Assembly (NCBI GenBank): GCA_963205105.1 | Contig: CAUJJW010000274.1 | Span: forward strand, 2,377-66,376 | DNA length: 64,000 nt | Source: Verrucomicrobiota bacterium | GTDB taxonomy: Bacteria > Verrucomicrobiota > Verrucomicrobiia > Limisphaerales > CAIMTB01 | Direction: 5' to 3' | Shown: piece by piece, positions 54,334-63,719 of the stretch | Layout of the letters: every line of letters begins with the position of its first letter | Position numbering within the stretch: the stretch's first letter is position 1 | Position numbers and translations under genes: made by a program | The notes under the pieces: model-generated | The model's input: the letters and a program-made list of their open reading frames with translations, nothing else | Databases searched by the model: none | What the model was told of the DNA's origin: nothing

Positions 54334-56130
54334 TCAGTGATTCGACTGCGCGGTCGCCAGTTCGCGGCGGGTGAAGGCGGTGATCCCCAAGGCGGCAAAC
54401 AACCCGCCCATCACTCCAATCACCAAAAACGTCGACCGGGCCACGTCCGCCCAGGTCACGCTCCGACCGCTGCTCACGGCGTCGATGGGCGAAAACTGGT
54501 GCACCAGGTTGACCGTCTTCAGCAGCAACTCGAAAAGCGGCACCATGACGGCGTCGACCACGGGATAGAGCTGGGTGTTGGTGTCGTGCTCGAAGCCCAT
54601 CACGGTCCGGTCCTCCACCACGGACTTCAAGGTCCCGGACGAGAGACCCAGGATCAGCACGGTGGTGGCGAGGAATGCGGCGACTGGGAACGAGAGAAAA
54701 CTGGCGGCGAACAACCCGATGGCGGCCAGAAGACCGAGGGCACATCCCAGCACGATGACCGCCCGGATGTAGTTCAGACCGAACCCGCCTTCGCGATAGA
54801 GCACCTCAAACCCATCCTCCATGGGGAAGATCAGCGGTGTGTCGCTTCGATTGGCGATTTCGACGATCAGAAAACCGCGCGCGTCCAGGACGGCGTTCCC
54901 AAGCTCAATCTCATGGGAGGCCTCCGCCGCCAGGCTGCGATAAGCACCCACCCGTTGAGGGCTTTCGGGAGGTCCGGCGACCACTTCAATGTCGTAGGGG
55001 CGTTTGGCGCTCAGCTCGGGCGTATGAAACTTCACCCGCACGAAGATCGGGTTCTTTTTCAGCACCTCCTGGGCGCCCCGAAAATCGAGTTCGAACCGGC
55101 GGAAGTACGAGGGCGGCACGACCTGCTCGCGGGCCTTGATCATCTCGCGGGCCTGGGCCCGGAAGGTGCGCAGGTCCACTCCCTTGGCCTCCAATTCCGC
55201 CCGGCGGGTGGCCAGCATGTCCTCGACTTTGGCATCCAGGTCGGGGTCCGTTTCGCGACCCGAGGCCCGTGCCGTCAAAACGTTGCTGCGCAGCGCTTCC
55301 TGAACCTCCATGGGAAGCTGGGTGGCCCTCCATTGCAACAGGAGGAACACCGCCCCGCTCGATACCGACAACAGGATGGCGTTCAGCAGCATCACTCCCA
55401 GCCACTTCCCGAGCCAGATCTGCCAGCGGGGGATCGGTTTGGTGGCCACGACCTGCATCTGGCATTCATCGACATCCCGCGCCAGCGTTCCGCAGGCCAG
55501 CCAAAGGGTCACCAGGCTGAGCAAGGCGGTGATCACCCCCAAGGTGTAGGTCAGCAAAATCTGGGTGAATCCCTGGGCCGTGCCGTCGTGCTTGATCACC
55601 ATCGGCAGCACCACCACCGCCCCCACCAGCAACGCCATCAGCACCACCACCAAACGATAGCGAAACGCCGCCCGCACCGTCAGCCAGGCCACCGACCACA
55701 TCGGCCGGAAGGACGCCGGTGGAAATGCCCAGGGCGACGACTCACGCCGCGGCCGGCGGTCCGAAGGAATCACGCCCCCCGCCCGCGCCGTGTGAGCGAT
55801 CGCGTCGGATTTGGAAGCGCCCACAATCTCGCCGAGGTACTCCCAACCCCGGTTCTCACAGGCCTCGGCGACCCAGGCATGTCCGCGACTCAGGCAGATC
55901 AGACGGGGCACCAGCAGCACGAGTCCGAGCGCCATCGGTTGCGTTCCCAACAATGAGGGCACCAGCACCGCGACCAATCCGTCGACCGCCAGCATGGCCA
56001 GACCGCGAAACCAGAGTCCCTGGGCAAACGCCCAGAGCCAGGGCAGCGGCAAGCTGGCCCAGGCAGCCCCCGTGCCAACGGCATGGAGCGCCGCATCGCT
56101 TTTGCGGAAAATCTGGAAGACGCGCGTCAT
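54334..56130 (-). CDS. ABC-2-type permease with N-terminal DUF2628-like domain and large extracytoplasmic domain
   Basis: N-terminal PWLWAFAQGLW...RGWEYLGEIVGA (DUF2628-like), then a TM core with VVATKPIPRWQIWLGKWLG, a soluble insert and a C-terminal FTRRELA. Confidence 0.78.
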   Translation of the reverse strand: MTRVFQIFRKSDAALHAVGTGAAWASLPLPWLWAFAQGLWFRGLAMLAVDGLVAVLVPSLLGTQPMALGLVLLVPRLICLSRGHAWVAEACENRGWEYLGEIVGASKSDAIAHTARAGGVIPSDRRPRRESSPWAFPPASFRPMWSVAWLTVRAAFRYRLVVVLMALLVGAVVVLPMVIKHDGTAQGFTQILLTYTLGVITALLSLVTLWLACGTLARDVDECQMQVVATKPIPRWQIWLGKWLGVMLLNAILLSVSSGAVFLLLQWRATQLPMEVQEALRSNVLTARASGRETDPDLDAKVEDMLATRRAELEAKGVDLRTFRAQAREMIKAREQVVPPSYFRRFELDFRGAQEVLKKNPIFVRVKFHTPELSAKRPYDIEVVAGPPESPQRVGAYRSLAAEASHEIELGNAVLDARGFLIVEIANRSDTPLIFPMEDGFEVLYREGGFGLNYIRAVIVLGCALGLLAAIGLFAASFLSFPVAAFLATTVLILGLSSGTLKSVVEDRTVMGFEHDTNTQLYPVVDAVMVPLFELLLKTVNLVHQFSPIDAVSSGRSVTWADVARSTFLVIGVMGGLFAALGITAFTRRELATAQSNH

Positions 56131-56170
56131 CCGGCTTGGACGTTCTCGTTCAACGGTGCGGAAACGACGC

Positions 56171-57460
56171 TCACTTTTTGCCGTCCCCACCGAGCAGCGA
56201 GGAAAGCTTGTCGTCGGCTTTGGCCAGATCCGCCGCAGAAGGTGTCGGAGCGGGGACCGGTCCCTGGGTGGGCGTGGGCCGAGGTGTTGGTGTGGCCGTG
56301 TTGGGCACGGCCCGGGTCAGGGCATCCAGGCGTTGGGAATCGGCAGCGGCGGCGGGTTCAACCTGTGAGGCACCCGCAGCAGGTTCCACCACCGGCGCGG
56401 CGGAAGGCATCGCGAGCCGTTCCAGGACGTTCTCGCCCGCTTCGGCATGCGCCTCGGCGTCTCCTTTGAGATAGGCCGCCACCCGCCCACCCGACGTGGC
56501 GCCGGAGGTCTTGGCTTCCGCGGCCCGGGCTCGCTGAACCACGCTGAGGAAATAGCTCTCCAGATTCTGTGTCGGGGAATCGACCCGGATCGAGTCGGCG
56601 CCCATTTCGGCCCGGAGGATTTCCAGGACGCGTTCGAGAATTCGCGGGGGCAGGACCGGCGAAGTGATCTGGACCGAATCGCGTTCGGTCAGCAGTTCCC
56701 CCAGCGACCCCATGGCTTGGATGCGACCGCCGTAATAGATGACAACGCGGTCGCAGACGTCCTGAACATCGGCAAGCAGGTGACTGCTGAGAATCACGGT
56801 CTTGCCGCGCCTGGCGAGGGCGAGAATGAGGTCCTTCACCTCGCGGCATCCAATCGGGTCCAACCCCGCGGTCGGTTCGTCGAGAATGACCAAGTCGGGG
56901 TCGTTGATCAGGGCCTGGGCCAGACCGATGCGGCGCTGCATGCCCTTGGAGAACTCGCCCACCACCCGGCGCTGCACATTCTTGAGCCCCACCATTTCGA
57001 GCAGTTGCTCGGTGCGATCCTTCCGCTTGTCGCTCGGCAACTGGAACAGGTTGCCGAAGAACTCCAGAGTCTCGCGGGAGTCGAGGTAGCGATACAGGTA
57101 GCTCTCTTCGGGCAGGTAACCGATGCGCGCCTTGGTGGCCACATGGCGCGGGGACCGTCCAAAGACCTCCACCACCCCCTTGGTCGGGTACAACAGGCCG
57201 AGCAGCATCTTGACCGTGGTCGACTTGCCGGAACCGTTGGGTCCCAGCAGGCCGAAGACTTCACCCCGCTTGACCTCGAAGCTGACGCCCTCGACCGCGC
57301 GAGCCTTGGGTCGTCCCCAGAAATCCTTGAACACCTTGCCCAGGCCCGAGACCCGCACCACCGACTCGGCGGCAGCCAGGTTCATCGCCCGTCCGCTGGA
57401 ACCCGGCCCGGACGCCGCGGAAGGCAGGGGCGCTTGGAGATCGCTCAGGGAAGTTGCCAT
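56171..57460 (-). CDS. ABC transporter ATP-binding protein with Pro/Ala-rich C-terminal tail
   Basis: GPNGSGKST, FSKGMQRRIGLAQAL, VILDEPTAGLD and SSHLL. Alternative start at 57385. Confidence 0.92.
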   Translation of the reverse strand: MATSLSDLQAPLPSAASGPGSSGRAMNLAAAESVVRVSGLGKVFKDFWGRPKARAVEGVSFEVKRGEVFGLLGPNGSGKSTTVKMLLGLLYPTKGVVEVFGRSPRHVATKARIGYLPEESYLYRYLDSRETLEFFGNLFQLPSDKRKDRTEQLLEMVGLKNVQRRVVGEFSKGMQRRIGLAQALINDPDLVILDEPTAGLDPIGCREVKDLILALARRGKTVILSSHLLADVQDVCDRVVIYYGGRIQAMGSLGELLTERDSVQITSPVLPPRILERVLEILRAEMGADSIRVDSPTQNLESYFLSVVQRARAAEAKTSGATSGGRVAAYLKGDAEAHAEAGENVLERLAMPSAAPVVEPAAGASQVEPAAAADSQRLDALTRAVPNTATPTPRPTPTQGPVPAPTPSAADLAKADDKLSSLLGGDGKK

Positions 57461-57490
57461 GGGAGGGTAAGGCTCGGGGAATCGGGAACA

Positions 57491-59590
57491 CTAGGCCGGC
57501 GTGGTCGCCAGCCGCGGACGGCCCACGGGAGCCTCGCTGGGGGCCGCTCCACCCGCGGCGTCCGCGTGGGGTGCGGTCTGGATGAACGGCTCCAGCTCCT
57601 CGCCCTGGCGGACCAATCGGAAGCTGTTGAAGACCACCAAAAGCGCACCCAGGACATGCATGATGGCCGCCACAATAGGCGAGATGATCTTCATCGCCGC
57701 CAGCACCAGGCCGCCGATCACGAAAATCACGCCGATCAGGAAGTTCTGGTTGATGACCGCGCGGGTCATGCGCGACAGCCGGATGAGGAACGGCAAACGC
57801 CGCAGGTCATTGTTCATGAGCGCGATCGAGGCGCTGTTGATGGCCACTTCACTGCCCGCGGCTCCCATCGCCACGCCCAGATCGCCGGCTGCCAGCGCCG
57901 GCGCGTCGTTCACACCGTCGCCGACCACCGCCACCCGATAGCCCTTGCTGCGAACGGCCTTCACAAATTCGACCTTGTTTTGCGGCAGGCACTCGCCGAC
58001 GACCTCATCGCAGCCGACTTCCGCACCCACGCGACGCGCCACGGGTGCGCGGTCACCGCTGACCATGGCCAGGCGACGCACCCCAATGGCCTTCAATTCT
58101 GCCAGCGCTTCCTTGGCCTCGGCCCGGGTCTGGTCCTGCAGCCCCACCCAGCCGATGCAGTGGCCGTCCACCGCCACGAAGACCAGACTAAATCCCTCGG
58201 TCTCGTTGAGGTCCACCGAGCCCTGAAAATCCTGGGGAACACCGTTGTCCACCAGCCACTGGGCACGGCCGACATGCACCCGGCGACCGTCCACGGTGGC
58301 GCTCACGCCGCGCCCGGCTGTTTCCGCAAAATCGGCGGGTTCCGCCATCGGCACGCCGGCCTCACCGGCGAGCGAGGACAGCGCCTTGGCCGTCGGGTGA
58401 TTGCTGTAGCGTTCAGCCGAAGCCGCGATCCGCAGCAATTCCGCCGGTTTGGTCGATCCCAGCGGGGCAAGTCGGCTGACCACCAGGCGTCCGTGGGTCA
58501 ACGTCCCGGTCTTGTCGAACACGAAGGCGTTGATCCGGGCCGCGAGTTCGATGTTGGCCACGTTCTTGATCAGGATGCCCAGTCGCGCCGCGGCGGACAG
58601 GGCGGCGACCATGGCGGTCGGGGTCGCGAGAATGAAGGCGCACGGACAGGCGACGATGAAGACCGCGATCACCCGGCTGAGTTCGTGGGTGAAGGTCCAC
58701 ACCAGGGCGCCGATCACCAGCACCAGGGGCGTGTAAAAGCCCATGTACTGATCGACGATCCGCATGATGGGGAGCTTGGTCTGCTCGGCCGCCAGGATCA
58801 GGGAACGCACCCGTCCCAGGGTGGTGTCCTGGCCTGCCCGACTGACTTTCACCTCCAGCACGCCGGTCAGGTTCTGGGTGCCGGCGAACACTTCGTCGCC
58901 GACCTTTTTATCCACGGGCAGCGATTCACCCGTGATGTTGGCCTGATTGAGTGAGGTCTGGCCGGACTGAATAATGCCGTCTGCCGAGACGTTGTCACCG
59001 GGGCGCACCCGGATGACGTCGTTGATCTGGAGATCGGCGACGGCGACCTCCTCTTCCTTGCCATCGGGCCGGATGCGGCGGGCCTTGGTCGGAGTGAGCT
59101 TGATCAGGGATTCGATCGACTTGCGGGCGCCGTCGGCGGTGCGCGTCTCGATGATTTCGCCCATGAGCATGAAGAACGCCACCATGCCGGCTTCGCGGTA
59201 ATTGCCGGACGCAAAGGAGGCGATGACAGCGAGGGCGACGAGCTCGTTGGTGCTCAACCGTCCGGCGCGCAGGTCCTTCATCGCGGTCATGACGATCGGC
59301 CAGCCGAGGATGACGGCGCCGATCATGGCGGAAGCGTCGGCCGCCATGGTGCCCTTCTCGAAGAACCACTCCACGAGAAAGCCGTTGATGACAAAGAGCA
59401 GGCCGAGAACGACCTGGGTCAGCTTCACCTCGGAATGGGAATGGTCGTGCCCGCAGGACGAACACGATTCACCGGCCCCATGGTGGTGGTGATCATGATC
59501 GTGATCATGGTGGTGGCCGTGATCGTGCGAGTGCCCGGCGTCGTGACCGGGCTTCGGCTCCTGCCGGTTCAAGAGAGAGGTGACTTGCAT
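57491..59590 (-). CDS. Heavy-metal P1B-type ATPase with His-rich N-terminus
   Basis: TGES, CPC, DKTGT, SNHP and GDGVNDAPAL motifs. The N-terminus has 16 His plus CSSC. Confidence 0.93.
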   Translation of the reverse strand: MQVTSLLNRQEPKPGHDAGHSHDHGHHHDHDHDHHHHGAGESCSSCGHDHSHSEVKLTQVVLGLLFVINGFLVEWFFEKGTMAADASAMIGAVILGWPIVMTAMKDLRAGRLSTNELVALAVIASFASGNYREAGMVAFFMLMGEIIETRTADGARKSIESLIKLTPTKARRIRPDGKEEEVAVADLQINDVIRVRPGDNVSADGIIQSGQTSLNQANITGESLPVDKKVGDEVFAGTQNLTGVLEVKVSRAGQDTTLGRVRSLILAAEQTKLPIMRIVDQYMGFYTPLVLVIGALVWTFTHELSRVIAVFIVACPCAFILATPTAMVAALSAAARLGILIKNVANIELAARINAFVFDKTGTLTHGRLVVSRLAPLGSTKPAELLRIAASAERYSNHPTAKALSSLAGEAGVPMAEPADFAETAGRGVSATVDGRRVHVGRAQWLVDNGVPQDFQGSVDLNETEGFSLVFVAVDGHCIGWVGLQDQTRAEAKEALAELKAIGVRRLAMVSGDRAPVARRVGAEVGCDEVVGECLPQNKVEFVKAVRSKGYRVAVVGDGVNDAPALAAGDLGVAMGAAGSEVAINSASIALMNNDLRRLPFLIRLSRMTRAVINQNFLIGVIFVIGGLVLAAMKIISPIVAAIMHVLGALLVVFNSFRLVRQGEELEPFIQTAPHADAAGGAAPSEAPVGRPRLATTPA

Positions 59591-59615
59591 GGCGGTGCGG
59601 GGTTGAGGGTCCGGA

Positions 59616-60890
59616 TCAGGGCAACATCTTCTTCTCCGGCTTGGCCGGTTCGCGGTTCAACAGCAGCCGGAGTTCGTCGCCCGACCCCAGCGGCGCAAAG
59701 AACTTGTCCTGGGCGTTCGTATACACCCGGCGCACGGTTTCCACCAGAAGCCGGTCCCGGAAGAATTCCGGGTTCTTGCGGTACTCGGGGAGCAGGCTGG
59801 TGAATTTCTGGGCCTCCGAGGACACCGCCTGGACCATGCGATTCCGGTCGGTCTCACCGGAGTTGACGATGGCGGTGGCCTGGCCGCGGGCCTCATTCAC
59901 CACCCGGTTCGCATAGCCCTGGGCTTCGCTGATGGCCTTGGACCGTTCGGCTTCAGCCGAGAGCACGGCATCGAAGTCCGTCTTCACCTGACGGGGAGGC
60001 GCCACCAGGATGTCGCTGGGCTCAATGGTCACCCCCAGATCATGGGCCACGACCAGATCATTCACCCGGCGCATCACGACTTCCTTGAACCCGGCCACAT
60101 CGCGACGCAGGGCGTCGTCCACCCGATACCGCGCCGCAGCGAAGGTGAGCGCGTTGTCCAAAACGTTGGTCATCACCGCCGCGCCTTCGCGGTGGTTGAG
60201 GAAGAATTTCAGCGGTTCCGTGATGCGATACCGGACGATGGCGCGGGCATGGATGATGTTGCCGTCACCCGAAATCGCGTAGCCCTCCGACGCCGGATTC
60301 AGCGAGCCACCGGCGTCAGGAACGATTCCCGCCGCCTCTTCCTCCGCGGAAACCGCGTACCAGCCCACCGACGACTGGACGTTCTGCAGTTGGGCAACCG
60401 GCATCTTGATGACCTCGTCGATCGGATACGGGTAGGCCCAATGGAGTCCGGGACCGACCTCCACCTGACCGGCGGTGCGGACCGGCTTGCCGAAGCGCAA
60501 GACGATGGCGCGCTCCTGGGAGGTCACGGTGAAGACGCCGCTGGCAAGAAAGTAGATGACCAACGCGGCGAGCAGGACCCGGACGATGACGAAGCTGCTC
60601 TGGAGCGCTTCCGCCAGGGCGACGGAACCGGCGTCCTCCGAGGCGCTGGCATGCGCCGGGGGCGTGGGCTCCGTGGGAGCGGCCTTGGGGATTAGACCCA
60701 GCCCTGCCTCAGGCCCGGTAGGGGGGTGCGAGTGACCGTGATCATGATCATGATCATGGTCATGCCCGTGGGCGTGAGCATGGTCATGATGGTGACCATG
60801 GTCATGCGGGTGATCATGCCCGTGGGCGTGGCTGTCGCCACCCTGGGGACCCGACCCGGAACCGGGCTTTTTGGGATTGTCGGAGCTCAT
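59616..60890 (-). CDS. hflK: HflK-like SPFH/band-7 protein with His-rich N-terminus
   Basis: Single TM, then ERAIVLRFGK, GLHWAYPYPID, SGDGNII and a coiled coil AEAERSKAISEAQGYAN. There are 19 His in residues 21-55. Confidence 0.85.
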   Translation of the reverse strand: MSSDNPKKPGSGSGPQGGDSHAHGHDHPHDHGHHHDHAHAHGHDHDHDHDHGHSHPPTGPEAGLGLIPKAAPTEPTPPAHASASEDAGSVALAEALQSSFVIVRVLLAALVIYFLASGVFTVTSQERAIVLRFGKPVRTAGQVEVGPGLHWAYPYPIDEVIKMPVAQLQNVQSSVGWYAVSAEEEAAGIVPDAGGSLNPASEGYAISGDGNIIHARAIVRYRITEPLKFFLNHREGAAVMTNVLDNALTFAAARYRVDDALRRDVAGFKEVVMRRVNDLVVAHDLGVTIEPSDILVAPPRQVKTDFDAVLSAEAERSKAISEAQGYANRVVNEARGQATAIVNSGETDRNRMVQAVSSEAQKFTSLLPEYRKNPEFFRDRLLVETVRRVYTNAQDKFFAPLGSGDELRLLLNREPAKPEKKMLP

Positions 60891-60897
60891 CGCGGGC

Positions 60898-61812
60898 TCA
60901 GTGGGTTCCGTGATCGTCGTTGCCCGATCGTTTCTCCGGCTGGACGAGCAGGTCGAAGGGCGGCGTGCGCGGGTCGACGATCAGGGTGGCGCGCTCCTTC
61001 AGGGTGCCTTCCAAGGCATTGAGCTTCAGGATCAGGATCGCCAGTTCGGGGTTCTGCTGAAAGACCGAGAAGGACTTGGCGGCCTCGGCGTCGCCGTCAC
61101 CACGGATGCGGGTGGCCTGGGCGTCGGCTTCAGCCAGCAGCTTGTCCCGTTCAAGATCGGCCGCCGACCGGATAGTGATGGCTTCCTTTTCGCCTTCGGC
61201 CTTGAGTCGGGCGACTTCCTTGGCGCGCTCGGCACGCATGCGATCGAACACCTTTTCAGTGACGCTTTCGGGAATGCCGAGGCGCTTGATGCGGGCGATT
61301 TCGACGAGGATTCCCTGGGTTTTGGCGTCTTTTTGGACGCCTTCGAGGATCTCCTTCTCGATCTCGTCGAACTTGAGATCGCCGGACTGGGTGGAGATGA
61401 AGTCGGCGAAGTTGTGGCGGCCCACGGCGGCGTTCTTATGGTTCCGCACGATGTTATCGAGGCTGCGTTCGGCCTCGATCATCGAGCCACCGGCGAAACG
61501 GCTGTAGAACAGGGCCGGATCCTCGATGCGCCAACCGGTGAAGACCATGATGAGCAGGTTGCGGGAATCGCGGGTGAAGGTCTCCTCGAACTTGCCTTCA
61601 AAGGGCTGAAGCCGGCGGTCGAGTTTGGTGACCTTCTGCACCGGCCAGGGCCACTTCAGATAGAGCCCGGGCTCGGTGATCGGCCGGGTGGCCTTGCCGA
61701 AGGTCGTGACCACGGCCACTTCGGTCTGGCGGACCTGGAAGAGGAACAGGAGCAGCAGGAAGAGGCCCAGCAGCAGGGTGCCGATGATGAGGTTCAGTCG
61801 ACTGGTCTTCAT
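60898..61812 (-). CDS. hflC: HflC-like SPFH protein
   Basis: N-terminal TM, AVVTTFGK, PGLYLKWPWPVQ, VFDRMRAER...GEKEA..IRS.AD and IRGDGDAEAA. Confidence 0.88.
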   Translation of the reverse strand: MKTSRLNLIIGTLLLGLFLLLLFLFQVRQTEVAVVTTFGKATRPITEPGLYLKWPWPVQKVTKLDRRLQPFEGKFEETFTRDSRNLLIMVFTGWRIEDPALFYSRFAGGSMIEAERSLDNIVRNHKNAAVGRHNFADFISTQSGDLKFDEIEKEILEGVQKDAKTQGILVEIARIKRLGIPESVTEKVFDRMRAERAKEVARLKAEGEKEAITIRSAADLERDKLLAEADAQATRIRGDGDAEAAKSFSVFQQNPELAILILKLNALEGTLKERATLIVDPRTPPFDLLVQPEKRSGNDDHGTH

Positions 61813-61849
61813 GTCGTTGCGGTGCGGATGGAGTCGGGAAAAGGGCAGC

Positions 61850-63718
61850 CTAGCGTTTCGGTTCGACGACGGCGTCCAGGAGGTCGGGGCGCAGCTTGTC
61901 TTCGAGATTGAGCTGCAGGACTTGTTGGGCGTTGGTGGAGGTCAGCACGATCTTGCGGGCCTGGCTGCTGCCGAGGGCCAGCGAGGTCAGGTAGGCGCGT
62001 TCCGAAAACACGCGGGGCGACTGCTGGTAGGCGAGGAACTGGTTGGTGAACTGGGCGGCGCGGGCGAACTGATCGGCGATCACCCGGGTCCGGTAGGCCT
62101 CGGCCTTGCGCACCCGCTGGGTGGCTTCCGCCCGGGCGAGAATGACATTCGTCAGCGCGTAGGTTCTGGAATGCTCAATGATGGCCTCCTTTTCCTGAAT
62201 GGCGGCCACCACGGAATTGAAATCTTTCCCGACCTTCACCGGGGGGTGCACGTCCTGAAGCCCCACGAACAGGATTTCAGCGCCCAGATTGCGTGCGTCC
62301 GCCTCCTTTTGAATGCGCTCCTTAAGATCCATGGCCGCCTTGTCCCGGCCCACGGACATCATTTCGAAGAAATCGACCCCCACCAGGTAGAGGACCACTT
62401 CGCGGCTGGCGATCTTCTCCAGGAGGTTGGTGGCGTTGGCGTGCTGGGTGGCCCAGGCGCGGAGGTCCTTGATCTGGTACTGCACCGGGATGCTGACCGT
62501 GAGCAGGTTGACCGGAGGAGCCTGTTCCTGGCCGTCGGCGCTGGGGGCGGAGGTTTCCCGGCTGGCGACCAGCAGGTTGTACTCCTCCTCGTAGTGGCTG
62601 ACCGTCCACAGCACCGTGCGTTCGTTCTCCTTCTTCGGATCCGGCACGATGCCGATGGTGAAACTGCGCACCTCCAGAGTCCGTTCCCGGTAGATTTCAT
62701 CGACCGGCCACGGGAGCTTGAAATGGATGCCCGGCCCGAGGACTTCGCGGCCGGCGACCGGCTTGCCGTTTCGCTCCAACAGAGCCTCTTCGCCGGCATC
62801 GATGAACACCACACACGTCGAGAGCAGAAGCACGGCGAGTTGTCCGAGAACCATGGCCCCGGCGGCACGCTGCACGAACTGGTAGAACCACGTGTCGGAG
62901 ACCTTGAACCCGAATTGGTAATCCAAGGCCTGAGCCATGGTCTTGAACAGGCCTGCCGGTTGACCGAGCAGACCGACCAGTCGGCTCTCGTAGATGACCC
63001 GGGTGTCCACCCTGCCCTTCACCCGCGGCCGGTACACTTCGAGAACCAACGTCACCAGCGTCTCCACGGCGGCCACTCCGGCCAGAATTGAAAACGCCCG
63101 GGCCAGATAGAGATCCACCCGTGGGAAACCGGCTTCCACCGCCCCGATTCCCAACGCGATGAGGAAGGAGACCGCCGATCCCAGCAGCACATACGCGGAG
63201 CCGGGACGCAGCAGGCGCTGGTTGTCCAATTGCGCCAGTTTTACCCCGTACTTGCCGATCAACAGCAGCACCAGGGAGAACATGCCGAAGAGCGCCATCA
63301 GCAGCATCGGCTGGCTCAGCCTGGCCGGCAGTTCGTTCTGCAACCACCACCAGACCCCCACCGACCCCGCCGCCTGCAACAGAAACAGAACCACCGTCGC
63401 CGCCGGCACAATGAACCGCTCGAATTGCTCACGCGCCCGCTGGGCCGGAAAAATCTCGGCATCGCCCGTGTCAAATAGCGTCGAGCCCTTCGCCGAACGG
63501 GCCAATTCGTCGAGCTCCAGCTTCTCGAGGCGCTCGCGCTCCTCCAGACGCATCTGGAACCAGCTCAAGATGGCGACCAGCAGGCCGGTGCCGACGAAGA
63601 CCATTCCCGCCTGACCGGCGAAGGATCCCCCCTGGCGCGCCAGATAAAGGCCCGACGCACCGGCGATGAGAAGCATCACCAGATTCACCAACCCGATCCG
63701 TGTGAGATTCCGCTGCAT
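61850..63718 (-). CDS. Polytopic membrane domain fused to HflK-like SPFH domain (622 aa)
   Basis: About 7 hydrophobic segments in the first ~300 aa, then GEEALLERNGK, GPGIHFKLPWPVD, DVHPP and a coiled coil A..EKEAII..ARAEA. Confidence 0.82.
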   Translation of the reverse strand: MQRNLTRIGLVNLVMLLIAGASGLYLARQGGSFAGQAGMVFVGTGLLVAILSWFQMRLEERERLEKLELDELARSAKGSTLFDTGDAEIFPAQRAREQFERFIVPAATVVLFLLQAAGSVGVWWWLQNELPARLSQPMLLMALFGMFSLVLLLIGKYGVKLAQLDNQRLLRPGSAYVLLGSAVSFLIALGIGAVEAGFPRVDLYLARAFSILAGVAAVETLVTLVLEVYRPRVKGRVDTRVIYESRLVGLLGQPAGLFKTMAQALDYQFGFKVSDTWFYQFVQRAAGAMVLGQLAVLLLSTCVVFIDAGEEALLERNGKPVAGREVLGPGIHFKLPWPVDEIYRERTLEVRSFTIGIVPDPKKENERTVLWTVSHYEEEYNLLVASRETSAPSADGQEQAPPVNLLTVSIPVQYQIKDLRAWATQHANATNLLEKIASREVVLYLVGVDFFEMMSVGRDKAAMDLKERIQKEADARNLGAEILFVGLQDVHPPVKVGKDFNSVVAAIQEKEAIIEHSRTYALTNVILARAEATQRVRKAEAYRTRVIADQFARAAQFTNQFLAYQQSPRVFSERAYLTSLALGSSQARKIVLTSTNAQQVLQLNLEDKLRPDLLDAVVEPKR

Positions 63719-63719
63719 A

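Noticed and set aside
59435-60830. CRISPR or non-coding tandem array in the GATCATGATCGTG-rich stretches
   Set aside because: These are in-frame His/Asp codon runs with no repeat-spacer structure, and no cas genes are present. No CRISPR array was seen anywhere in the window.
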